Assembly (NCBI GenBank): GCA_964404765.1
Contig: CAYOLL010000005.1
Span: forward strand, 6,199-70,198
DNA length: 64,000 nucleotides
Direction: 5' to 3'
DNA from: an uncultured Gemmatimonadota bacterium
Lineage (GTDB): Bacteria > 4572-55
Shown: positions 49,401 to 57,531 of the stretch, piece after piece
Layout: every line of letters begins with the position of its first letter
How positions within the stretch are numbered: position 1 is the stretch's first letter
Position numbers and translations under genes: made by a program
The notes under the pieces: model-generated
Told to the model about the DNA's origin: nothing
What the model saw: the letters and a program-made list of their open reading frames with translations, nothing else
Databases searched by the model: none

Positions 49401-50330
49401 TGGCGCCTCATGGTCGGAAATAACGGCGTATTGGCCCTTCAAATAATGCATCCCGTTTTCCAGAGTCACTTCAATGGCGACCTGCGACAAAAGAGCGGTC
49501 AACTCGGCCGAGTCGGCGTCGTTATTGTCAATCATTGCCCCCTCGCCATAGCGCCCTTTGGATTTGCTAACCGGATCCGGATCAAATACCCAACCCGATC
49601 CGGCTACACTGCGGCTGCTGGCTGCGCCGGAATAAAGAATGCGATCTTCCAGCCGAACAATCTCACCGGTTTGGGCGTCCACCAAAGCTTCCCAATCACC
49701 GCGCAAATCGCCACGGGTGCTAAAACTAACCTTTTGCACCAGGCGCATGACGCCCTTGTTATAGTATAGAATCGTCTCGGTGTTCTCGTTTTCAGCTTGG
49801 CGAGTAGAAATGCCCAAATGGCTCTTTGTGCGCTGGGCGGCGTCCTCTTTGGTGATCATAATCCGATCATCAAATTTACCAACCGGCTTGTACTGATTCA
49901 TGACGAACACGACCTGATTTCTCCGATCCAGGCTGACGGTCAACGTCGCCTTATAGACCGGATATTGGCCGACTTTCTGAAAAAAGCGCACCCGTTGCCC
50001 GCCCGGCGTTTCCAGGTTTGAGGAAAATACGATATCGCTCAGATCGGCTTTGAGATGCAGCTTTTCGGCATTCTCGCGCAGATATTGCCGGGCCATCTCC
50101 TCCGGCGAGGCCGGATTCACCCGATAGTTGACCGCATAGAGCGTGGTCGGGATTTGCGTTTCCTTGTTGATCCGCATATTGCCTTTGGCGTAAACTTCGT
50201 CCTTTTCCGTCGGCAATATTTCCAATTGTTTGACTTTTGCCGGTTTTTCCGCAAAAGCTTTGGCGTTTGATAACGCCAGGACGCACCCTAAAATCGCGAG
50301 CGCGGTTGTGAACTTTGTAGCCATTCGCAT
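46449..50330 (-). CDS. Secreted multidomain zinc metalloprotease (HExxH; FTP/PepSY-like propeptide) with two PKD domains, a LamG-like domain and a T9SS C-terminal sorting domain
   Basis: It has a signal peptide. The HEMGHAIHDY zinc site is present. Two PKD-like segments occur (WEWDFDSNGTIDSRDKNPTWTYTTPGLYSVTLTASN and WSWDFDSNGTPDATTKSPLWVFSAPGTYKVTLTVSN). A Laminin_G_3-like region precedes the C-terminal tail NRPNPFNPSTTIAYALPASATVKLKIYNVAGQLVKTL...GVYLYQLEA. Confidence 0.7.
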   Translation of the reverse strand: MRMATKFTTALAILGCVLALSNAKAFAEKPAKVKQLEILPTEKDEVYAKGNMRINKETQIPTTLYAVNYRVNPASPEEMARQYLRENAEKLHLKADLSDIVFSSNLETPGGQRVRFFQKVGQYPVYKATLTVSLDRRNQVVFVMNQYKPVGKFDDRIMITKEDAAQRTKSHLGISTRQAENENTETILYYNKGVMRLVQKVSFSTRGDLRGDWEALVDAQTGEIVRLEDRILYSGAASSRSVAGSGWVFDPDPVSKSKGRYGEGAMIDNNDADSAELTALLSQVAIEVTLENGMHYLKGQYAVISDHEAPTTGLYGQAGMEFHYTRSNDAFEAVNVYYHIDKTMRYLNETLGFEVMPFQYEGGVQFDPNGVDGDANAHYTHDGQVAFGSPDGAVDTGEDHAIVIHEMGHAIHDYITNGELSQVDGLSEGSSDYWAQSYTRSFGIYAPTDEGYDWFGQWGIQPLGDFSLRQTNYPGHYPEDLVGQIHTDGQMWSSSMMSIYDLVGRTVSDRIFWEGLSMTDGSASQVDAALAVMQADKNLYNGAHLRQMIDVFKNRGYIPGAIIADVAADVTGGKPSLTVHFTDASYAVLDPITSWEWDFDSNGTIDSRDKNPTWTYTTPGLYSVTLTASNATDRHTYTEVDLISVNGGIFIWDAAQSPAEFSGDFIKGVVSRFDNLKAVKSRSAGVPSSLVGYDVAFLSFGNPGNTRLDGEIADAVREYLKSGGKLYLEGGDAALYDLDSLEEGRNRDIMPLIGLAGGDDGDNTAPNFINSLAGQTGTLAAGMTFTSSQQIGQFSVDRYIPSATAKAAFNESGYGTVAVQYTGDFGQKTFCSAYSLGLLNDRTSPHTRGNLFLQMLFFFGQAPAGAKIADFGADTRFGKAPLNVTFSDLSAADAADPITTWSWDFDSNGTPDATTKSPLWVFSAPGTYKVTLTVSNRAGQATVTKEQYLTVVSSTTPTALAFDGIAGSLSCVATPVLNLRNAITVEACIYPTGWGLGSATGFGRIFDKTQILWFLNGEGHPTYADHSMIFTLTQTGAGTPRFNTPAGVIKLNEWQHVAVTFMSNPPAVQCFVNGNEIPLTNVDPDEANQLIAATITSSATDAFVIGNRTIGARCFQGTIDNVNVWNRALTQDEIKGLMTKQLVGTESGLVGFWPMEEGRGKSTDDVSVNSSVGTITSAVWNYGCPIGVGIEDGDDTETLPAVFALYQNRPNPFNPSTTIAYALPASATVKLKIYNVAGQLVKTLVNHKQDAGQYELQWNGTNEQNRAVAGGVYLYQLEADNKTIAGKRMVLLK

Positions 50331-50507
50331 AGATCGATCCTCCGCTTGTGTGATGAGAAATAAGAAATGAATGAATAAAGGGGTTTCAAGGTAAGATATA
50401 CATCATAAAATGAGGTCGAGCAACTTGACAAGTTAACCTTGTTGAGATAATCTAACAATTTTTATGAGATATGCTTTAAGAAAATGCAAAATAATTTAGC
50501 AAAAATA

Positions 50508-50745
50508 GCGGCTCATGAAACAAGAAGGTGAATATCTGGCATTCAGCGTCCGAACATGGCAATTTTTGACTCAAACCTTAGTAGAAAGCCGGCGGAAAAA
50601 AAATCCAACCTTATTACCTTATTTCGTTTACCTATCATGGTTTAACTTTCGATGGCTGCAATAAGGTTGGTGAAGGTGCGTCGTCGTTTTCTACTAAGGT
50701 TCAAAAACCGTAAGCGGCAATTACCCCATCATGTCCCATGAGCCA
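50508..50745. repeat. Degenerate MITE-like element
   Basis: The ends GGCTCATGAAACAAG and GTCCCATGAGCC resemble the type A/B terminal motif. An internal hairpin CCAACCTTATT / AATAAGGTTGG is present. Confidence 0.3.
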
Positions 50746-50775
50746 AAATAGCAATCGACGGATTTTCCAAGCTCC

Positions 50776-51702
50776 TTAAAAGGTATGTCCAACCGCCAGC
50801 CCGATTTTAACAGCGAGGGCGTTGGATTGTCCGTTGGGTTCATTGAAGCGCTCAATCTGGCCGGTCGCTTTCAGGCCCCAAGACGGAGTGACCGCCAAAT
50901 GAACAAAGCCGCTTAGTCCGCCACGATGCTTTTCGGCCACATTGTAGAGGATCATGCCGCCGTTGCGGACGGCAAATGCCTGCTCGCCCAGCCAAACCGC
51001 GCTATTAAAAGTCCATTTCTTGTAATAATAAGAGAGCTGCGTTTCCAGGGAGTAAAAGTTTTGGGCTCCATCGGCAAGGCCAATATCTTCGCTCAAGTGA
51101 ATCCAGTATATTCGGGCTTCACCGTAAAAACTGGAATGCAGTCTCCGTCCAAAAGTCCGGCCAACACCCGGATTCAATTGCCAGGCATTAAAGGCCGGCT
51201 CGAAAGATTGGTATTGACTATATGCGCCGTCCAGCAGCAAATTCCAGCGATAGGGTTGATAGTAGGTCAGCCCGGCTAAAACGCTCCAGGCATTGTCCGT
51301 TTGATTGTCGGAAGATTGAATCCAGTGCAGGCCTGTTCGGGCAATCCAGCCGGTTTTCGGATAAACCGTGCCAAGCAGCGTGTAATCCCACTGATCGGAA
51401 ACGGTTCCGCCGGCAAAATTAATCCGCACAAAGTCAACTTCGCCTTCGATAGCCAGCCGCGCGCCATAGCCAAAGTAGCCGTAGACACCTCCGGTCTTGC
51501 CGCTCTGCTTATAGTCGGTGTCCTGGTATGTCAACAAAGCGCTGTGGGTCAGTATATCAAAGCGCGTCGCCGTTTCAGCCAGAGCATGCGTTGCATTTAA
51601 AAGCAACAGCAGCGCGTTAGCAGAAATAAAGATCACAGCCATTACTGCACAGAATCGCGGATATGAGCGTAGCATTTTTTTATCCGGCAATAGAATTTTC
51701 AT
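50776..51702 (-). CDS. Predicted outer-membrane beta-barrel protein (uncharacterised)
   Basis: A signal-like N-terminus (after start MKILLPDKKMLRSYPRFCAVMAVIFISANA) is followed by alternating amphipathic beta-strands. The C-terminal aromatic residue is ...LAVGHTF. The start is uncertain. Confidence 0.45.
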   Translation of the reverse strand: MKILLPDKKMLRSYPRFCAVMAVIFISANALLLLLNATHALAETATRFDILTHSALLTYQDTDYKQSGKTGGVYGYFGYGARLAIEGEVDFVRINFAGGTVSDQWDYTLLGTVYPKTGWIARTGLHWIQSSDNQTDNAWSVLAGLTYYQPYRWNLLLDGAYSQYQSFEPAFNAWQLNPGVGRTFGRRLHSSFYGEARIYWIHLSEDIGLADGAQNFYSLETQLSYYYKKWTFNSAVWLGEQAFAVRNGGMILYNVAEKHRGGLSGFVHLAVTPSWGLKATGQIERFNEPNGQSNALAVKIGLAVGHTF

Positions 51703-52082
51703 GGCGCTTTCATAATAAAGGCTTAGATGGAGTTGGTAGGCAGAATCTGTAATCAAATAACACGGCCAATCCTCACGCGGACAGCCCAATATTTCAAGAT
51801 GCATCGAAAAAGTCAAGCGCTAAGTTGATCAGAGACTTAAACACCTGAATTATTCATGAGTCAATGTCATTAAGTTAAACACAAGGCGGTTTTTTCAGGT
51901 TTGATACACACGAACGCAATTAAAAAACGAGATTCGCGCAAAAATCTGTTGTAATAACCAGCTAAATTTGCTTTATTTAGACTTGCTTAAAGACGAACAA
52001 ATAACCGGGCTCTGTGTATATGGCGCGGTACTAAAGCGATCTACCTAAATACACTAAAGCTTGCAAAGGAGTAACACCGGCG

Positions 52083-53627
52083 ATGGAAAGTCGAATTTCA
52101 AACGCAGCTGAATTCAGGAAGGACCTGAATGAATATCTGGCCAAACAGCTTTCAGAAAAGCATCCTTTACCCAATGCCGACGCCTTTCGGCGTGAGCCGG
52201 GCGATTCGACCGATACTCGCCATCCGGAAGGTATTGACTTTAATCTAAAACCCGAAGAATTGGAGCGATTTTTAAATCGCTATGTAGTTCAGCAAGAAGA
52301 TGCCGTTGAAGTCCTGTCTACCAAAATTTGCACCCACTTCAATCGGATGAGGCTTGAGACGCATGAAAACGATGATGAGAAAATCTTGGGCAATATTAAA
52401 GGAAATGTCTTGATGATCGGCCCAACGGGTGTGGGCAAGACTTATATTGTCAAACTCATTGCCAAGCGCATCGGCGTACCGTTTGTCAAGGGCGACGCCA
52501 CAAAGTTCAGCGAAACCGGCTATGTGGGCGGCGATGTGGAAGACATGGTGCGCGACCTTGTCCGGGAAGCGGATGGCGATTTAAAATTAGCCGAATACGG
52601 CATTATCTATCTGGACGAAGTGGACAAAATTGCCGGCGCAAAAAATGTTATCGGCGTCGATGTATCTCGAACCGGCGTGCAGCGCAATCTGCTCAAATTA
52701 ATGGAAGAGGCCGAGGTTGATTTAAAAGTCCCACACGATCTGGCCTCACAAATGGAAGCGGCAATGGAGGCTCAGCGCACCGGCAAAGTTGCCCGCAAAA
52801 AAATCAATACCAAAAATATTCTTTTTGTAATGAGCGGAGCTTTTTCCGGTTTGGATGAGATTATCAAAAAACGGATGCACCGGCAATCTATTGGCTTCCA
52901 TGGCGATGTGAAAGAGACTACCAAAAAACAGAGTGATTATTTAAAACAAGTGCGCACTGAGGATTTGATTGACTACGGGTTTGAATCGGAGTTCGTCGGT
53001 CGTCTGCCGGTAGTCACAGTGCTGAAAGACCTGAACGTGGATGGGTTGTACCAAATATTGAAGAGCCCGGTCAGCACCGTTATCCAAAGCAAGAAAAAAG
53101 ATTTTAAAGCCTATGGTATTCACTTGGAATTTAGCGACGAGGCCTTGCGTTATATTGCCGAACGGGCTCATCTGGAGCACACCGGCGCGCGCGGCCTGGT
53201 TAGTATTACCGAAAAAATTCTGATCAAATTTGAAAAGAAGCTGCCATCTACGGCAATTCATAAATTTACGGTTACCAGCGAGGTCATTGAACAGCCCGAA
53301 TTTGTTTTGGAAAAGTTGCTGACTGAAGATGCCATTCATCGTTTTAGCCACATCTTTCGCGAAAAGCACGGCATTAAGGTGGAATTCGAACCGGCGGCCA
53401 TCCAGGCCATTAAGCAATTGGCCAGGGAAGGCAACACAGATTTCTTTTCTGCTTGCTTAGTGCTGTTTCGGGACTATGAATACGGGTTAAAACTGGCCGA
53501 AAAAGATTCGTTTGTTATTACGGAAGATGCGGTGCTTAATCCAAAAGCGTTTTTAGATGATTTAATCAAGCACTCATACTTAGCCAGTCGGGATCGCACT
53601 CCCAAATCGACGGCAACTACAATCTAA
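52083..53627 (+). CDS. ClpX/HslU-family AAA+ unfoldase ATPase lacking the ClpX zinc-finger
   Basis: Walker A GPTGVGKTYIVKLIA, GDATKFSETGYVGGDVEDMVRDL and Walker B IIYLDEVDKI are present. There are no N-terminal cysteines and no adjacent protease subunit. Confidence 0.6.
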   Translation: MESRISNAAEFRKDLNEYLAKQLSEKHPLPNADAFRREPGDSTDTRHPEGIDFNLKPEELERFLNRYVVQQEDAVEVLSTKICTHFNRMRLETHENDDEKILGNIKGNVLMIGPTGVGKTYIVKLIAKRIGVPFVKGDATKFSETGYVGGDVEDMVRDLVREADGDLKLAEYGIIYLDEVDKIAGAKNVIGVDVSRTGVQRNLLKLMEEAEVDLKVPHDLASQMEAAMEAQRTGKVARKKINTKNILFVMSGAFSGLDEIIKKRMHRQSIGFHGDVKETTKKQSDYLKQVRTEDLIDYGFESEFVGRLPVVTVLKDLNVDGLYQILKSPVSTVIQSKKKDFKAYGIHLEFSDEALRYIAERAHLEHTGARGLVSITEKILIKFEKKLPSTAIHKFTVTSEVIEQPEFVLEKLLTEDAIHRFSHIFREKHGIKVEFEPAAIQAIKQLAREGNTDFFSACLVLFRDYEYGLKLAEKDSFVITEDAVLNPKAFLDDLIKHSYLASRDRTPKSTATTI

Positions 53628-53662
53628 AACAGGCGTTTGTTCTGAAATAAACCGTTCTTTTT

Positions 53663-53694
53663 AAAAACCGCTCGGTTGAGCGGTTTTACTGTTT
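53663..53694 (+). terminator. Rho-independent terminator
   Basis: The stem AAACCGCTC / GAGCGGTTT with loop GGTT is followed by TACTGTTT. Confidence 0.55.
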
Positions 53695-53740
53695 ATAAAT
53701 ACACCTGTTTTTTTATTCGGCTTCGCTTTGAGTTTGGGCT

Positions 53741-53870
53741 TAAACGTAATTTCTCAAAAAGTGTTGGTAAAACCAAACCTTGCGAAGGTTAAACTTGCGA
53801 CGGATGCTAATATTTTCAGGGCTTTCACAAATTTATAGGCGGTAACCTTCGCAAGGTTAGCCAGCGGTTA
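53741..53870 (+). repeat. MITE-like repeat, long type C copy
   Basis: TTCTCAAAAAGTGTTGGTAAAACC ... ACCTTGCGAAGGTT ... AACCTTCGCAAGGTTAGCCAGCGGTTA shares ends with 46377..46424 and 27868..27979. Confidence 0.6.
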
Positions 53871-53908
53871 TTGAAAAGTTACGCTTAAACACCACACAAG
53901 GATTACGC

Positions 53909-54277
53909 ATGATCATTGGCCATGGTATTGATGCAATTGAAATTGCCCGAATTCGTAAGGTGATTGCACAGTGGGGGGATCGCTTTCTGCAGCGTATTTT
54001 TACCGAACAGGAGTTGACTTATTGTCGTCGGAAAAGTTCGCCGGAAGCATCTTTGGCCGCACGTTTTGCCGCTAAAGAAGCCTTTGCTAAAGCCGCAGGC
54101 ATCGGTATTGGCCATAAAATTGGCTGGCGAGATATTGAAGTTGTTGTCGATAAAAACGGCGCGCCTCGACTCTGTCTGCATCGCGAATCCGCTATGGCAT
54201 ACGGCAAATATCGAATCTGGTTAAGCCTATCACATTCTCAAACAATGGCTACTGCATCCGTCATCCTTGAAGGATAG
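53909..54277 (+). CDS. acpS: Holo-[acyl-carrier-protein] synthase
   Basis: It begins MIIGHGIDAIEIARI and is 122 aa. FAAKEAFAKA is present. Confidence 0.8.
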   Translation: MIIGHGIDAIEIARIRKVIAQWGDRFLQRIFTEQELTYCRRKSSPEASLAARFAAKEAFAKAAGIGIGHKIGWRDIEVVVDKNGAPRLCLHRESAMAYGKYRIWLSLSHSQTMATASVILEG

Positions 54278-54320
54278 CTGAAAAGGGGCTTGTGCTTTAG
54301 GAATGGAAGCATTAAATTGC

Positions 54321-54431
54321 GGCTCATGGAACAAGTTTGTGGAAATCCAACCTTGCGAAGGCTTCCGTGCACAAAACATGCGAATTTCAAATGAAGCCTT
54401 CGCAAGGTTTCACCATCTTATCCCATGAACC
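54321..54431 (+). repeat. MITE-like repeat, type A copy
   Basis: It is the reverse complement of 3184..3300 at about 90% identity. It overlaps the first 95 nt of the listed ORF at 54337, supporting a downstream start for that gene. Confidence 0.7.
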
Positions 54432-54444
54432 TAAGCTGCAAAAT

Positions 54445-55428
54445 ATGACAACCAACCCATCAAAATATGATGTCCTTATTATCGGCGCCGGCCCAATTGG
54501 TATGGCCTGCGGCATTGAGGCCGTGCGGCGTAAGCAGAGCCATGGCATTATCGAAAAAGGCTGTCTGGTTAATTCGCTGTATCATTATCCGATCAACATG
54601 ACCTTTTTTTCGACTTCGGAGCGGCTGGAAATCGGCGAGGTGCCTTTTATTTCGCATGGCGTTAAACCCACACGACGGGAAGCGCTGGAATATTATCGCC
54701 GGGTCAAAAACGCCTGGCGGCTCAATACACACACCTATGAAACCGTTTTGGACATTGACGGCCAGGCCGGCAGCTTTCATATTAACACAGACAAAGCTAC
54801 ATATCAGGCCAAAGCCGTAATTATCGCCACCGGCTACTATGATTGTCCAAATTTGTTGCATGTCCCTGGCGAGGATCTGCCAAAAGTCAAGCATTACTAC
54901 GACGAACCACACCCCTATGCCGAGCAGCGCGTGGCCGTGATCGGCGCCGGTAACTCGGCAGTGGATGTGGCATTGGAAACCTATCGCTGCGGCGCGGCGG
55001 AAGTCACCATGATTGTCCGGGAGCCAAAACTGAAAGACAGCATCAAATATTGGGTGCGCCCGGATATCGACAATCGGCTCAAAGCCAACGAAATTAAAGC
55101 GATGTTTAATGCGGAAGTGACTGCAATTCGCGCCCATGAAATTGACATAAAAACGCCGGAAGGATTGTTCACCTTGCCGAATGATTTTGTCTTGGCAATG
55201 ACCGGCTATCAGCCAAAGTATACATTTTTAACCCAATTAGGCATTGAATTTTCGGCTGACGAGAGCCGTCTCCCCCAATTTGATCCGCGAACCCATGAGT
55301 CAAACCGATCAGGTCTATATCTGGCCGGCGTCGTTTGCGGCGGAATGGAAACGAGCCGTTGGTTTATCGAGAACTCGCGCGAACATGCGGTGAAGATATT
55401 TAATCACCTGGCTTCAGTAACGCGTTAG
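54445..55428 (+). CDS. YpdA-family FAD-dependent pyridine-nucleotide disulfide oxidoreductase (putative low-molecular-weight-thiol disulfide reductase)
   Basis: It carries the Rossmann motif VLIIGAGPIGMACG and the family signature NSLYHYPINMTFFSTSERLEIGEVPFIS. The start was set after the repeat, at MTTNPSKYDV. Confidence 0.65.
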   Translation: MTTNPSKYDVLIIGAGPIGMACGIEAVRRKQSHGIIEKGCLVNSLYHYPINMTFFSTSERLEIGEVPFISHGVKPTRREALEYYRRVKNAWRLNTHTYETVLDIDGQAGSFHINTDKATYQAKAVIIATGYYDCPNLLHVPGEDLPKVKHYYDEPHPYAEQRVAVIGAGNSAVDVALETYRCGAAEVTMIVREPKLKDSIKYWVRPDIDNRLKANEIKAMFNAEVTAIRAHEIDIKTPEGLFTLPNDFVLAMTGYQPKYTFLTQLGIEFSADESRLPQFDPRTHESNRSGLYLAGVVCGGMETSRWFIENSREHAVKIFNHLASVTR

Positions 55429-55576
55429 CCGCAAAGTCACTAAGACACAAAGAATCACTAAAATATTTGCGTAAAATACAGATATGACCTTTCTCAAAGA
55501 AATGTCATATCTAAGCGTGTGATTATCTATCGATTACCTGTAATTCAACGTCACTCAATCGTGTAAGGAGCAACAC

Positions 55577-56254
55577 ATGAGAAAATTTATGCTTTTGATG
55601 AGCTTGCTTTTTGTAACACCAAACTTAAGCGCGGCCCAAACCGCTGAAATTTCCGGCACAGTGCTCTTGCCGGCGGGCGCTAAACAAAAAGCAACAGTGA
55701 GCCGCGGCCAGGCGTACCGCGGGCGCGGCGGGGCCGATAAAGCCGCCGGTAAGGACGAAGAATCGGCCTATGAAGATGTTATTGTCAGCGTACACCCGAC
55801 CTCGTTTAAAGCCGAAGTCAAGCCACTGAGTGAGCCGGCCAAAATTCAGCAGGAAAATGCGACTTTCGTGCCACATGTAACACCAATTACGATTGGCAGT
55901 ACAATTCACTTCATCAACCAGGACAAGTTTTATCATAATGTCTTCAGCCTGACGCCGGGGGCCAAGTTCAACGTCGGACGCAAGCCCAAAGGCGATGTGG
56001 TCACGCAAAAGATCGACAAGCTGGGCGAAGTCAAGCTGTTCTGCGATATTCATACCCACATGAACGCCATCATTTTAAGCTTAGATACACCCTACTTTGT
56101 CCGGGTTGACAAAAGCGGCGGTTACAAGTTGACCGATTTGCCGGCGGGCACGTATGAAATCCGGGTTTATCATCCCAACTTCACTCAGGTGACGGAAACA
56201 TTGACGGTCAAAGACGGCGATAAAACGAAAAAAGACTTTGCCATGACAAACTAA
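55577..56254 (+). CDS. Secreted protein with carboxypeptidase-regulatory-like N-terminal beta-sandwich and cupredoxin-like (type-1 Cu, His/Cys/His/Met) domain
   Basis: It has a signal peptide. Candidate copper ligands are FINQDKFYHNVF and FCDIHTHM. Confidence 0.5.
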   Translation: MRKFMLLMSLLFVTPNLSAAQTAEISGTVLLPAGAKQKATVSRGQAYRGRGGADKAAGKDEESAYEDVIVSVHPTSFKAEVKPLSEPAKIQQENATFVPHVTPITIGSTIHFINQDKFYHNVFSLTPGAKFNVGRKPKGDVVTQKIDKLGEVKLFCDIHTHMNAIILSLDTPYFVRVDKSGGYKLTDLPAGTYEIRVYHPNFTQVTETLTVKDGDKTKKDFAMTN

Positions 56255-56269
56255 TTCGGAGAAAAACGG

Positions 56270-57523
56270 ATGATGCCAAAATTATTGATAACAATGATAT
56301 TGAGCGCTATGGCAGCTTCGGTAGCCCATGGGCAGGTGGGCGTGGCGGCCGTGCCGTTTTTGACCTTGCAGCCGTCTGTGCGGGCCAACGGCATGGGCGG
56401 TTATTCGGTTGCCTCGCCGATGTATGATCCTTTGGCAATTTCGTACAATCCGGCACATGTCAGCCAACTGCCGGGCGACTATCTTCTGGCTATTGAGCCT
56501 TATACGGCCAAAACACCCTGGCTGCGGGTGATTACCGATGACATGACTTATGACGCGGAAGCATACCAACTTGCGCTCAGTCTGGAGGGTCTCCCGGCTA
56601 AACTTCCCGTCACCTTTGGTCTGAGTTACGGCAAGAATACCTTTGATTTGGGGCAGCAATTTTGGACAGACCCGGAGGGCAACATCATTGGCGCGTTTAC
56701 TTCTCATGAAGATGTAACATTCTGGTCGGTTGGATTTGGGATTCGTTACGGTATTCAGGCACATATTGGTTGGTCATTTAAGGACATCGAATCGGTGTTT
56801 GCGGGAGGATTTGGCCCCGACAACGAATTTGTACAGGCGAAAGGCGTTGCCGACGCCAAAGATTTTGGGCTTATGGTCGCTTTGCCGGTTCAGGACATCC
56901 TGAGCAAATTGGGTCGTCAGCCGTTTGAAATTTCGCGGCTGCGCCCGTTTATCACGCCGTCTTTCGGCTATGTCAAAGCCAATGTGGGCGACAAAATCAC
57001 TTATACTGAAGCGGCGCAAGCTGACCCTTTGCCGCGCATGGTTCGGCTGGGCGCAGCGCTCTCATTTGGCCTGGATTATCAAAAGGATGATTTGAATTGG
57101 CGGCTGTTGGCCATCGAGCGCGGGGCGGAGGCGCAAGACCTGCTGTTGACGCGCGACGGCGACTATCGCAGCGGCCTGGCCGATATTGACTTTTTCGATC
57201 ATGTGATCGAAGGCAACACCGGCAGCGAAGTCGTAACCCGCGACGGTTTTGAAATCGCGCTGTTTGAGTTGTTTACCATTCGCGGGGGCGATTACCAAGA
57301 CCCGGAAGGTCACGTCACCTATAGCAGTGATGGCTACAGCCTGCAACTCAAAGGAGTGTTAAAAGCCGCGCAACTATTCGCGCCGAATGTGAAAAATGTA
57401 CGCTGGTTCGATTTGTTTATGAACCATGTCGATATTGCCTATCAAAAAGCGACAGTTGATGTTAGTACGGAACTTGGCCTATCGGAAACGCCGTATCAAT
57501 CGATTCGGATAAGCATTCACTAA
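56270..57523 (+). CDS. Outer-membrane beta-barrel protein of the PorV/PorQ type (paralog of the 2096..3109 gene)
   Basis: It has a signal peptide and the N-terminal motif SVRANGMGGYSVASPMYDPLAISYNPAH, analogous to GARSTALGG...YWNPAG in the first copy. Confidence 0.5.
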   Translation: MMPKLLITMILSAMAASVAHGQVGVAAVPFLTLQPSVRANGMGGYSVASPMYDPLAISYNPAHVSQLPGDYLLAIEPYTAKTPWLRVITDDMTYDAEAYQLALSLEGLPAKLPVTFGLSYGKNTFDLGQQFWTDPEGNIIGAFTSHEDVTFWSVGFGIRYGIQAHIGWSFKDIESVFAGGFGPDNEFVQAKGVADAKDFGLMVALPVQDILSKLGRQPFEISRLRPFITPSFGYVKANVGDKITYTEAAQADPLPRMVRLGAALSFGLDYQKDDLNWRLLAIERGAEAQDLLLTRDGDYRSGLADIDFFDHVIEGNTGSEVVTRDGFEIALFELFTIRGGDYQDPEGHVTYSSDGYSLQLKGVLKAAQLFAPNVKNVRWFDLFMNHVDIAYQKATVDVSTELGLSETPYQSIRISIH

Positions 57524-57531
57524 TTAAAAAG

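Noticed and set aside
52083-53627. Calling this gene clpX
   Set aside because: It lacks the N-terminal C4 zinc-binding domain and has no adjacent clpP or hslV, so only the family-level call (ClpX/HslU-like AAA+) is supported.
54337-54444. N-terminal extension of the YpdA-family ORF (MWKSNLAKASVHKTCEF...)
   Set aside because: It is encoded by the type A repeat copy. The Rossmann fold begins right after the downstream ATG at 54445.
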